This document shows, piece after piece, positions 52,437 to 63,800 of a stretch of DNA of 64,000 nucleotides; within the stretch, counting starts at the first letter, position 1, and each line of letters starts with the position of its first letter. The position numbers and the translations under genes were made by a program. This stretch comes from Candidatus Eiseniibacteriota bacterium. Lineage in GTDB: Bacteria; Eisenbacteria; RBG-16-71-46. Below the pieces are notes generated by a model. The model was not told the origin of the DNA. It was given only the letters and a program-made list of their open reading frames with translations, and made no database searches. The stretch is taken from assembly GCA_038231135.1 (NCBI GenBank), contig JBBRLX010000011.1:1-64000 (forward strand), read 5' to 3'.

Positions 52437-53285
52437 TCATGACGGCGTGGGGGAGGAACCGGCGAGGGTGGTGCCGAATTCCATGAAGAAATGCGACACC
52501 AGGCTGGGCCAGAGCGAGCCCCCGGAGAGCTCGCGCATCAGTCCCCACCACAGACCTAACGGCAGGACCACGCCAAAAATGTAGACCATCCACTCCACGG
52601 ATCCCAACCCCACCCCCGCGGGGGCCCGGATCGCCCGGATCGCGGTGAACGCCAGCGCCGGCCCCGCGACCCGCCCCCAGCGCTGCGTACGGCCGCCCAG
52701 CGAGCTCTGGAGGTAGCCCCGGAACAGCAGCTCCTCGGGCAGCGCCGACGCCACCAGCGCGAACAGCAGCGAGAATACCAGGCTGTCGGGGGTGGCGATC
52801 ACCCGGCCGGTGAACAGCGCCCGGTAGGAGTCGAACGCGACCACGACCACGGCGCCGATGCCCATGATCACCGCGAGCGGCAGCCGGGCGGTGTTGCCAC
52901 CGTGGAGGCCATAGTCGTGGAGCGGGTGGCCCTCGGCCAGCACCATCACCCACACGAACAGGCCGAGCGTGACGAAGATCACGTCGCCCAGCGCCAGCAG
53001 CCACGGGCTATGCTCCTGCCCCGACAACGCCGGCGCGATCAGCCGCACGAAGCACGCGCTGACGAGTCCGTACACGAGCGCGTAGGACAGTGCACGGCGG
53101 GTGCCGGCCGCCGAAGCCATCGGCGGGCGCGGGCCGCGGCGCACGGTCAGCGCGGCGAGTCCGATCACCAGCAGCACGAAGCCGCCGACGAGCAGCCCGA
53201 GCATCGGCTGGGTGTGGGGCGCGGGGGCGACGGAGACGGCCGGCACCATGAGGGACAGGTGGGTCAGCTGGCCGTGCAGGTCCAA
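52437..53285 (-). CDS. CPBP (CAAX protease II/Abi) family membrane protein with altered motifs
   Basis: PEELLFRGYL intact; FxxxH position reads FTAIR; HxxxN position reads HFFME; multi-TM. Confidence 0.75.
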   Translation of the reverse strand: MDLHGQLTHLSLMVPAVSVAPAPHTQPMLGLLVGGFVLLVIGLAALTVRRGPRPPMASAAGTRRALSYALVYGLVSACFVRLIAPALSGQEHSPWLLALGDVIFVTLGLFVWVMVLAEGHPLHDYGLHGGNTARLPLAVIMGIGAVVVVAFDSYRALFTGRVIATPDSLVFSLLFALVASALPEELLFRGYLQSSLGGRTQRWGRVAGPALAFTAIRAIRAPAGVGLGSVEWMVYIFGVVLPLGLWWGLMRELSGGSLWPSLVSHFFMEFGTTLAGSSPTPS

Positions 53286-53519
53286 TCAGCCCTCCATGGA
53301 GACCGGTGGCCCGGCGGTGCCGGGCTCGCCGGCGTGCGGCGCGAGGCGGAGCCCCGGGAGTCGGGGCCGGATCGTGGCGATACTAAGGGTCGCATGGGGA
53401 ACGGTCTAGACAAAGCCCGTCGCCACGGGACGATGCACGTCCCGTCCCGTTCGCGTGCGGTGGCCGCATCGCGCCTCGAGCGGCTCGGTCGCATCGGTTC
53501 CGGGTCACGGCCGGCCCAT

Positions 53520-54869
53520 TCAGGGGGTTTGCGGGACCTTGTGGCTCGCGGGCTTCGCGGGCACGCCCTTGCCGGCGGGCCGGGTGCTCGACGCGGTGGC
53601 CGGGCCCCGAACATGGCCGGTGGCGGCCGGCTTCGCGTGCAGCCGCCGCGGCCCCACCGCCTGCAACGACGTCCGGACTCCCGACCGGCGCAGGCCGGGC
53701 TTCGCCGGATGCCGGACGGGCACCGGGACCGGTCGGTCGGCTTCGAGCTGGATGTCGCCCTCCTGGTGCGTGGCCTTGATGTCGCGGCCGTCGGGGTCGA
53801 CGAACACCATCTCGACGCGGCGGTTGAGCGCGAAGCCGCGCTTCGAGTCCTCGACGGCGACGAGGTCGTCCTTGCCCTTGTACGAGATGCCGAGCCGCGT
53901 GGAATCGATGCCGAGCGCCACGAACACGTCGCGCACCGCGGTCACCCGGCGGCGCGACAGGTCGAGGTTGTAGGCCGCGTTGCCGCGCGAGTCGGTATGG
54001 CCTTCGAGGCGGGCCGTAATGGACGGGTACTTGTCGAGCAGTGCCGCGATGCCGTCGATCACCTGCAGCGACACCGGCGTGACCTCCGCCATGCGCAGCG
54101 CGAAGTGGACGTTGCGCGGGATCCTGAGCTCCTCGACCGTCGGGATCGCCATGTGCGGAACGGGCACGGGCTCGGACACGGCGATCGGAATCGGCACGGG
54201 CTCGGTGCGCCGCACCGCGAGCAGCGGCGGACCGCAGGTCTCGACGAGCCGGCTCGCCGCGTGGGCGAGCTCGCGGGCCCGGGCCAGATGGGGTGAGCTC
54301 TTGCAGTCGCCCAGGTCGAGCTGCTCATTGCCGGCCCACGCGAGCTCGGTCTCGAGTTGCGCGAGCTGGTCGGCGGCGCACAGGAAGCCGGGGTCGCGTT
54401 TCATGCGCTCCAGCTCCACGTACAGCGAGTCGTCCACGCGCAGCGAGCCCCGGGGGGGCGCCGCGCTCGGAACCGTTTCGAAGCTGACGGGACTCGCGCC
54501 CGACGCGATCTGACCGACCAGTGAGACCGCGCGCGTGAACGCCGCCTGCGGGAAGCCCGTAGCGTCACCGTCCTGGTACTCGGCGCGCGCCACGTTCAGC
54601 CACGCGCGGGCGGCGGCGGCGCGCCATAGATCCGTGGTGGCGCCGGGCAGCGAATCGAGCCGCGCCTGCCACGCGTCCATGGCCGCGAGATCCCCGGTCA
54701 CCGCCTCGTCGCTGGTCTGCGCGGCGAGCGAGTGCAGCGCCCGCGGCAACTCACTCGCCGTGGCGGTTCCGGCGCCTCCGGACGCGCACGCCCACAGGAC
54801 GGCGATCAGCCACGCCGGCCGGAGACGCGCGAACGACAGGCGATTGCCGGGCTGCGGGGTACGATTCAT
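53520..54869 (-). CDS. OmpA-like peptidoglycan-binding protein with helical N-terminal region
   Basis: Signal peptide; NVHF, LEGHTDSRG..YNLDLSRRR, LNRRVE; start overlaps the giant gene's stop by 1 nt. Confidence 0.88.
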   Translation of the reverse strand: MNRTPQPGNRLSFARLRPAWLIAVLWACASGGAGTATASELPRALHSLAAQTSDEAVTGDLAAMDAWQARLDSLPGATTDLWRAAAARAWLNVARAEYQDGDATGFPQAAFTRAVSLVGQIASGASPVSFETVPSAAPPRGSLRVDDSLYVELERMKRDPGFLCAADQLAQLETELAWAGNEQLDLGDCKSSPHLARARELAHAASRLVETCGPPLLAVRRTEPVPIPIAVSEPVPVPHMAIPTVEELRIPRNVHFALRMAEVTPVSLQVIDGIAALLDKYPSITARLEGHTDSRGNAAYNLDLSRRRVTAVRDVFVALGIDSTRLGISYKGKDDLVAVEDSKRGFALNRRVEMVFVDPDGRDIKATHQEGDIQLEADRPVPVPVRHPAKPGLRRSGVRTSLQAVGPRRLHAKPAATGHVRGPATASSTRPAGKGVPAKPASHKVPQTP

Positions 54870-57800
54870 CACCGGGCTCCTTGCGGCGGCGTGCGATCGA
54901 ACAGGGTCTCGTCCACCTTGAACCCGAGGTTGAGATAGGGACCCCGGTCGGTGTGCTCGGTGCCCGACAGGTCGTTGTCGTGGAAGCCGAACGCGTTCCA
55001 GCCCGCGGCAAGCCGCAGGTTCTTCATCATGATCCACCCGGCTTCGGCGCCGAGTCCCATGGTCCTCGAACCCGACGCCAGGCCGCGCGCGTTCAGGCCC
55101 AAGTCGAAGCTCCGGCCGAGATCCACCATCAGGCGGCCGGCGCCGAGTTGTGCCGCCGTGCTGCTCCCGAGCCCGTTGCCATCGTCGTGCGCCCACTTGG
55201 CCGCGACCTGACCCGACACGGTCCAGATCCCGAACTGATGCGTGTTCGCGTTCATCGACACGATGTTCGCCACCCGCCGGGAGTATTCCGGCGCCCCGAG
55301 TTTCTGGAGCTTGTTCTCGTAGCGCGCGAGTCCGTTCCACGCGTTGCGATCGGTCTGGCGCCACGCGACGCCGATCTGGCTGCGGGCGTCGATGCTCTGC
55401 TGGTCCGGCACCAGCATCCACAGCGTGCGGCCCAGCGCCGACCAGTCGCGGTTCAGCTTGCGCGTGAACCCGGCGCTGGCGAGCCAGCGCTCGAGCGTGG
55501 ATTCGCGGCGGAACTCCAGCCGGCCGGTCGCGTGCGTCGAAGGATCGCGGGCGTATTCGACGCCGCCGGCCACGGACGTCGCCGCGCCGAGCCCGCCACG
55601 CAGGATCGTCACACGCTCGAACGCCGCGTCCACCCGGATGCCGCGCGCCACCGTCCAGCGATCGCGCAGGCCGATCGCGGCCTGGGCCTCGCGGCCGGCG
55701 AACGCGTCGCGCATGCGGTATTCGCTGAACACGTGGCGGTCGCCGGCGTCGTCGTCGGTGACGCCGATGACGGTGCTCGCCAGCTGCTGATCGGTATTGA
55801 GCGCGAACGGTCCCGCGAACGACGCGATGTTCTCGTGCCGCGCATAGAGCCGGATGTGCGGGATCACCCGGGCGTCGCCGCCGAACGCGTAGCGGCGCTG
55901 CAGCGTCTGGTCCAGGTCCTGCTCGAATTCGCCGAACACGGTGACCCGGCGCCGCGCGAGCAGCGCGGCCTCGAGCCGGCCGCGCACGCTCGACGTCTTG
56001 AGCGGCCCGAGGCCCTGCGTCGCGGGGGTGGCACCCAGCGAATCCTCCTTCGCCCAGCGGTACGCGACCTCGGCAGTGATGCGATCCGCGATGCCCTGGC
56101 GCAGTCCGGCTTCGAAGCCGTCGCGGCGGGCACTCGTCACCAGGTCCTCGGAGCGCAGCGCCGTGAGGAACACCGAGGTGCTGCGATCGCTGCCGGCGCG
56201 CGCCGTGAGGCCCAGCTCCTGGCGGCCGGGGTAGGCGCCGGACGACGGGTTCTCGAACCCGGTGCTCACCCGGAGGCCGTGGGCGCGGGCGTGCAGCCAC
56301 GAGCGGTCGAGCACCAGCTCGGCGCGCGCGGCTTCGCCGCTGCGATCGCCGCCGCCGATGCCGGTGCCGCCGCTGTCGCTGCGCGCGAACTCGCCCGTCA
56401 GCTGCAGGCCCGTGGCCAGCTCGAACGACGCGTCCGCGCTCGCGAGCGCACGCGGCGCCAGCGGATCCTCGTCACGCGACGCCGATGCGCCGACCGACAG
56501 GCGGCGGGTGGCGCGGACGCGCGCCTCGGCGCCATAGACCCAGAACTTGTCGGTGCCCGTTTCGACTTCGTAGGTGGCGCGGATCGACACCGGATTGAGA
56601 TCGGCGTCGAGGCTCGGCACCGGGCGGCGGAACAGCAGCCGGCCGGTGAACGGCTCGAGCGTGTAGTCGACGTAGCGGAGCTGCGGCTCGCTGTGCAGGA
56701 TCCGCGCCGGCTGATTGCGGTCGCGGGTCAGAAGCTCCACGGTTTCGCTGCCGAGCGTGCCGTCGTTGCGCGTCAGCACGTAGGGACCCGACACGCCCTG
56801 GCCCGGGAACTCGTCCACGACCTGGTGCTGGCGGCCCTCGGCGGCGAAGCCCTGGACCGCGAGCGGTCCGGCCACGGCCTGCGCGATGCCGCCGTTGAGC
56901 GACCGGGTGAACGCGCCGAGCAGCCGGCCCGGCGACGACGGCGTCGTGAAGTCGCCGTACATGCCGAACGACGCGCCGCGATCGATGCGGAGGTAGAGCG
57001 GCGTCGTGGACTGGGCCTCCCAGCCGTGCACCGAAGCGTCGCCGAGCGCGTCGTAGCCGCGATCGGGGTCGAGATCGCGGAACAGCCGGCGTCCCGGCCG
57101 CTGCTCGCTGTCGTAGCGCAGCGTGAACTGCGCGTCGCCGCCGAGCGAGCCGGTCGCGAACAGGGCGCCGCGGGCGGTGCCGGTCTGACGGCCGTCGGTC
57201 GATTCGTAGGACAGCGCGGTGATGGGATCACCGAAGCCGTCGCGGCCGCCATACACGGACGTGCCGGACGTCGAATGCAGCGCGATGCCGGCGTCGATGA
57301 CTCCCAGCACCAGCAGCGAACGCCCGCGCGGGCGGTCCGCCGTCGCCGCGCCGCCGTGGCCGAGGCCGGGGTCGGCGGGATCGCGCAGCTCGCCGCGGGC
57401 GCGGCGCGCCAGCACGGCGTTGTGCACCGCGTCCGAATGCGACGCCTCGACGAAGTCCGCCCGGTGCAGCTCGCCCTTCACGACGTCCGCGAACTGGCTG
57501 AGGCCGTCGTGCGCGTGCCGCACGCTGGACGCGATCATGCGCGACCCCAGCGGCAGCGTGGACGCATCGATGCGCACCACGTGCAGCCGCGGCCGCACGT
57601 GGTTGAACGAATACTTGCCCTCGACGTCGGTGATCGCGAACGAGCCGTCCTCGAGGTACACGCGCACGCCCGGGATGCCCGGCTCCTCCGGACCCTGCAC
57701 GCGATTCGAATCGCAGTCGCACTCGGTGTAGATCTTGCCCGCGATGATGCCCTCGTCGTCGAACACGCCGCCCTGCACCTCGATGCGGGCCGCCGCGGTG

Positions 57801-60800
57801 TTCGAGGTGGCGACGATGCCGGCTCCGCCCGAGCCCGAGGCCTGGGCGAGATTGACGCCGGTGCCGAGCTCGGCGCCCGCGCCCACCAGGACGCGATAGG
57901 TCACGACGTCGGTCGAGCCGGCAGTCAGCGTGCCGAGCGCGAATGCCAGCGTGGGGCCGGGCGCTCCCACCGGGTCCGCCACCGGCAGGCCGTTCACGCG
58001 CGCGGTGCCGCCCTGGTAGTGGAGACCCTGCGGGAGCCGGTCGGACACGGTCGTGCCGGTCAGCGGGCCGGCGCCGACGTTGCGCACCGTGACCGCATAG
58101 TCGACCACGCCGCCGATCTCGACGCGCGCCGGCTGGGCGGTCTTGGACACCGTGAGCACGCCGAGGCCCGCGACGCCGACCAGGTCCGAGTCGCGGTCGT
58201 TCCCGCCGTCCGGATCGCCCGGCGTGGCGGCGACCGCGGAGTTCGTGACCGTCGGCACCGCCAAAGGCCCGATCGCGACGACGATGGTGAACTGCGAGCT
58301 GTCGCCGGCCGCAATCGTGCCGCCGAACGTCGCGGTCACGACGTTGCCGATGTTCGCGAACGACCAGCCGCCGGTCACGTCGCCCGACACGAATGTGAGT
58401 CCCGCGGGCAGCGAGTCGCGAACCGTGGTGGCGCCGGTGGTCGCCGCGGTGCCCAGATTCCGCAGGACGAACCGGTAGGTGCCGGTGCTGCCCACGCTGA
58501 AGCCGCCCTCATGGCGCTTGTCGAGGGCGAGATCGGGCAGCCCGTTTACGAGCGTGGGATCGTGCGACACGTCGTCGAGCGGATTCGACTCGCCCGCGGT
58601 GATCGCGACGGCGGAGTTCGTCACCGCCGGCAGCGCGGCCGCGCCCACGGCGACCGTGAGCGTGAACGCGAGCGAATCGGTCGGGGCGTTGCCGAGCGGC
58701 CCCGGATGGGTCGCCGTGACGACGGCGCCCAGCACCGAGAAGTTCCAGCCGGCGCCGAGCGCGCCGACGTAGGTCAGCCCCGCGGGCAGCGTGTCGAGCA
58801 CGGTGATCGTGCCGAACGTCGCGGCGGTGCCGTGATTGCGCACCACCAGCGAATACGTGCCGTTGCTGCCGATCGTGAACGCCAGGGCGTGGCTCTTGCG
58901 CAGCGCGAGGTCCGGGATGCCGCCGATCGCAGTGGGATCGGCGTCGCCGTTGTTTGCCGCGTTCCACTCGTTCGGCGTGGCGACGCTGGCGGTGTTGATC
59001 ACGCCCGGCACCGACGCCGGTCCAGCGTGGGCGGTGAGCGTGAACGTGACGCTGTCGCCCACGGCGAGCGGGCCGGGATTCGTTGCCGTGACGACCTGGC
59101 CGTTCGTGGCGAAGCTGAACCCCGCGCCCGCGCCGCCGACGTACGTGATGCCGGTGGGCAGCGAGTCGACGACCGTGATCGCCCCCGACGTCGCGGCGAA
59201 GCCGGCGTTCGTGACCACGAACGTCCAGGTGCCGTTCTGGCCGTCGGCGAACGCAGTGGTGTGGCGTTTGTCGAGCACCAGGTCGGGCAGTCCGAGCACG
59301 ACCGTGGGATCCACGTCGCGGTCGTCCGCCGGATTCGGATCGCCCGCGGTGCGGACGGTGGCGGCGTTGATCGCGAGCGGCACCGCGGCGGGAGCGACGG
59401 CCGTCACCATTGTGAACGTGGCGCTGTCGGCGGCGGCGATCGGCGCGGCGTGCGTCGCGGTGACCACGCCGGCCGCCACGGCGAACGTCCAGCCCGCGCC
59501 GTTGCCGCTCGCAAACGTCAGCCCCACGGGCAGCGTGTCCGTCACCGTGGTCGCGGCGAAGGTCGCGGCGGTGCCCAGGTTGGCGACCGCGAACGTGTAG
59601 CTGCCGGGCTGGCCGATCGTGAACGGCGCCGCGTGACGCTTGTCGAGCGCGAGCTCCGGCACGCCGCCAACCAGCGCGACGTCGGAATCGCGGTTGTTGG
59701 ACGGCTCGACATCGTTCGTCGCCTGCACGGTCGCGGAGTTCAGCACCGCGGGCACGGCGGCCGCGCTCAGGTTCACGGTGAGGTCGAACCGCGCGCTGTC
59801 GCCGGGCGCGATCGGCAGCGGATAGGTCGCGGTGACGACGTTGCCGTTGATGCCGAACGACCAGTTCGCGCCGGCGCCCGACAGGTACGAAGTGCCCGGG
59901 GGCAGTGTGTCGGTCACCGTGATCACGTTGATGGAGGCGAGGCTGCCCACGTTCGTCGCGACCAGCGTCCAGGTGCCGGTGCCCGAGTCCGTGAATGGCC
60001 CGGTGTGGCGCTTGTCGAGCGCCAGATCGATCACGCCGTTCACGGCCGTGCTGTCCGAGTCCTGGTCGTTCGACGGATCGAGGTCGTTGGCTCCGACCAG
60101 GCGCGCGGTGTTCACCACACCCGGCACCGCCGCGGCGTCCGCCGTCACGTGCAGCGTGAACTTCGAACTGTCGCCCGCGGCGATCGGGCCCGGATTCGTG
60201 GCGGTGACGACCTGGCCGGACGCGGAGAAGTTCCAGCCCGCGCCCAGTCCCGAGACGAACGTGATGCCCAACGGCAGCGAATCGACGACGGTGATCGTGC
60301 CCGCGCTGGCGCCGGTGCCGAGGTTCGTCACCACGAGCGTCCACTTGCCGGGCTGTCGGTCGGCGAAGTCGGCGGAATGCCGCTTGTCGATCGTGAGGTC
60401 GGCGACGCCGGTGACGGCGGTGGAATCGGTGTCGGTGTCGCTGGCGGGATCGGTGTCGCCCGCGGTGCTCGCGTGCGCCGTGTTCACGACGCCGGGGAAC
60501 GCGGCGGCCGCGACGGACGCCGTCACCGTGAACTTCGCGCTGTCGCCGGCGGCGATCAGGCCCGCATGCGTCGCGGTCAGCACGGACCCCGCGGTGCCGA
60601 ATCCCCAGCCCGCTCCCGCCGCCGACACGAACGTGACGCCCGCCGGCAGCGTGTCCACGACCGCGACGGGGCCGGTGGTGGCGCCGGTGCCGGCGTTCAC
60701 GATCGCGAGCGTCCACGTGCCGGTCTGACCCACGACGAACGGCGCGGTGTGGCGTTTGTCGAGCACCAGGTCGGGCAGGCCGGTGACGGGCGCCAGATCC

Positions 60801-63800
60801 TGATCGCGGTTGTCGGCAGGATCGGTGTCGCTGCCGCCCGTGAGCGTGGCTGCATTCGTGACCAGAGGCACGGCGGCCGCGCCGACTGCGACCGTGATCG
60901 TGAAGCTCGTGCTGTCGTACGCCGGAATCGCGGCGGCGTAGGTGCCGGTCACCACGTTGCCGGCGACGGCGAAGCTCCAGCCGGTGCCCGACGCGGCGAC
61001 GAACGTGAGCCCCGCGGGCAGCGTGTCGGTGACCGTCACCGCCCCCACCGACGGGCCGTGCGTGACGTTCTGCACGATCAGCGCGTACGTGGCGTTCTGG
61101 CCCTGCTGGAACACGGTCGTGTGGCGCTTGTCGAGCGTCAGGTCGGGCACGTTGCGCACCGGGGTCGGGTCCACGCCGCGATCGTTGCTGCCGTCGAGAT
61201 CGCCGGGAATCTGCACCACGGCCGAGTTCGTCACGCCCGGGAACGCCGGGAACGCCACGTTCACCGTGATCGTGAAGTTCGAGCTGTCGCCGGCCGCGAT
61301 CGTGCCGGCGAGCGTGGCGGTGACGATCTGCCCGCTGGCGGAGAAGCTCCAGCCCGCGCCCGCGCCGCTCGCGAACGCGAGTCCGGCGGGCAGCGTGTCG
61401 ACCACGGTCACCGTGGCGGCGGTGACCGACGTCCCGATGTTGTGGATGACCAACGTGTAGGTGCCCGGCAGCCCGACCTCGAACGTGGTGGTGTGGCGCT
61501 TCTCGAGCATCAGGTCCGACACGCCCGCCACCGGAGTGACGTCCGAGTCGCCGTTGTTCGCCGGGTCGAGATCGCCCGGGGTCGCGACGCTCGCCGAGTT
61601 CGTGACGCCGGGCACCGCCGCGGCGCCGACGGCCACCGTGATCGTGAAGCTCGCGCTGTCACCGGCCGCGATCGGTGCGGCGAAGCCGGCGGTGACGGTC
61701 TGACCCGCCGCGCCGACCGCCCAGCCCGCGCCCGCGCCGGAGACGAACGTCACGCCGGCCGGCAGCACGTCGGTGACGGTGGCGGGGCCGGTGGTGGCGC
61801 CGGTGCCGGCGTTGTGGACCACGATCGTCCAGGTGCCGTTCTGGCCGTGGACGAACAATGCCGTGTGGCGCTTGTCGAGCGTCAGGTCCGGCACGCTGCC
61901 GACCGTCGTGGAATCCGTTGCGCCGTTGTTCCCCGAGCCGAGGTCGCCCGGCGTCGAGACCACCGCGGTGTTGACCACGCCGGGAACCGCCGCGGCGCCG
62001 GCGAGCGCGGTCAGCGTGAAGCTCGCGCTGTCCTGGGCGGCGATCGGTCCGGCGAATGTGGCGGTGACGACCTGGCCGTTCGGAACGAACGACCAGCCCG
62101 CCCCGGCGGCACTTACATAGGTGATTCCGGCGGGCAGCGAGTCCACGACCGTGGTGGCGCCGGACGTGGCGGCGGTGCCGGTGTTCGTCACCACCAGGGT
62201 CCACGTGCCGGGCTGGCCGTGGACGAAGCTCGCCGTGTGGCGCTTGGCGAGCGCGACGTCGGGAGTGCCGGCGACCGGCGTGAAATCGGAGTCGTAGCCG
62301 TCCCGGGGGTCGAGCTCGCCGGGCGTGGTGGCGTGGGCGAGGTTGATCACGGAGGGCACGGCGGCGGCGCCGGCGAGCGCGGTCAGCGTGAAGCTCGAGC
62401 TGTCCTGTACCGCGATCGGTCCCGCGAACGTGGCGGTGACGACCGTGCCGTTCTGGACGAACGACCAGCCCGCGCCGGCGGCACTCACGTAGCTGATGCC
62501 GGGAGGCAGCGAATCGACCACCGTGGTGGCGCCCGCGGTGGCGGCGGTGCCGCGGTTCGTCACCACGAACGTCCAGGTGCCGTTCTGCCCGTGCACGAAG
62601 TTCGCGGTGTGGCGCTTGTCGAGGTAGACGTCGGGCACGCCCAGCACCGTCGTGGGGTCGGTGTCGCGGTCGTTGCCGGAGTCGAGGTCGCCGGGCGTGG
62701 ATGCCGCGGCCGAGTTGATGACGCCCGGGACGGCGGCGGCGCCGGCGGCGGCCAGGATCGTGAACGTCGAGCTGTCACCCGCCGCGATCGGTACGGCGAA
62801 CGTGGCGGTGACGACCTGGCCGTTCAGGACGAACGACCAGCCCGCGCCGGCGGCACTCCCATAGGTGATGCCCAAGGGCAGCGTGTCGACCACGGTCGTG
62901 GCGCCCGCGGTGGGTCCGGACCCGATGTTGCGCACCGCCAGCGTCCACGTGCCGGTCTGGCCGTGGATGAAGTTCGCGGTGTGGCGCTTGTCGAGCGTGA
63001 CGTCGGGCGTGCCGGCCACCGGCGTGACGTCGGAGTCGGAGCCGTTGGTGGCGTCGAGCTCGCCGGGCGTGGTGGCGTGGGCGGTGTTCGTCACACCGGG
63101 CACGGCGGCCGCGCCGGCGAGTGCCGTGATCGTGAACCGCGAGCTGTCGCCCGCGGCGATCGCGCCGGCGAACGTGGCGGTGACGACCTGGCCGTTCGGG
63201 ACGAACGACCAGCCCGCGCCGGCGGCGCTCACGTAGGTGATCCCCAAGGGCAGCGTATCGACGACGGTGGTCGTGGCTGCGGTGGCCGCGGTGCCGAGGT
63301 TGCGCACCACCAGCGTCCAGGTGCCGGTCTGGCCGTGGATGAAGTTCGCGGTGTGGCGCTTGTCGAGGACGACATCGGGCACGCCCAGTACGGTCGTCGG
63401 GTCGGTGTCGCGGTCGTTGCCGGAGTCGAGATCGCCGGGAGTGGACACCATGGCGGAGTTGACGACGCCCGGCACGGCGGCCGCGCCCACACTCGCCGAG
63501 ATCGTGAACTTCGAGCTGTCGCCCGCCGCGATCGCGCCCGCGAACGTGGCGGTGACGACCTGGCCGTTCGGGACGAACGACCAGCCCGCGCCGGCGGCAC
63601 TCACGTAGCTGATCCCTGAGGGCAGCGTGTCGACGACGGTCGTGGTGGCCGCGGTGGCCCCGGTGCCGAGGTTGCGAACCACCAGTGTCCAGGTGCCGGT
63701 CTGACCGTGGACGAAGTTCGCGGTGTGGCGCTTGTCGAGCGTCAGGTCCGGCACGCCGGTGATCGCGGTCGGATCGACGTCGCGATTGTCGGCCGCGTTC

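Noticed and set aside
54881..63619. 2912-aa ORF on + strand, and many other long Arg/Ala/Gly-rich ORFs (e.g. 26308-29139, 41729-44425, 4995-7112)
   Set aside because: These are antisense or off-frame shadows of real genes in high-GC DNA, with no motifs and low-complexity composition.
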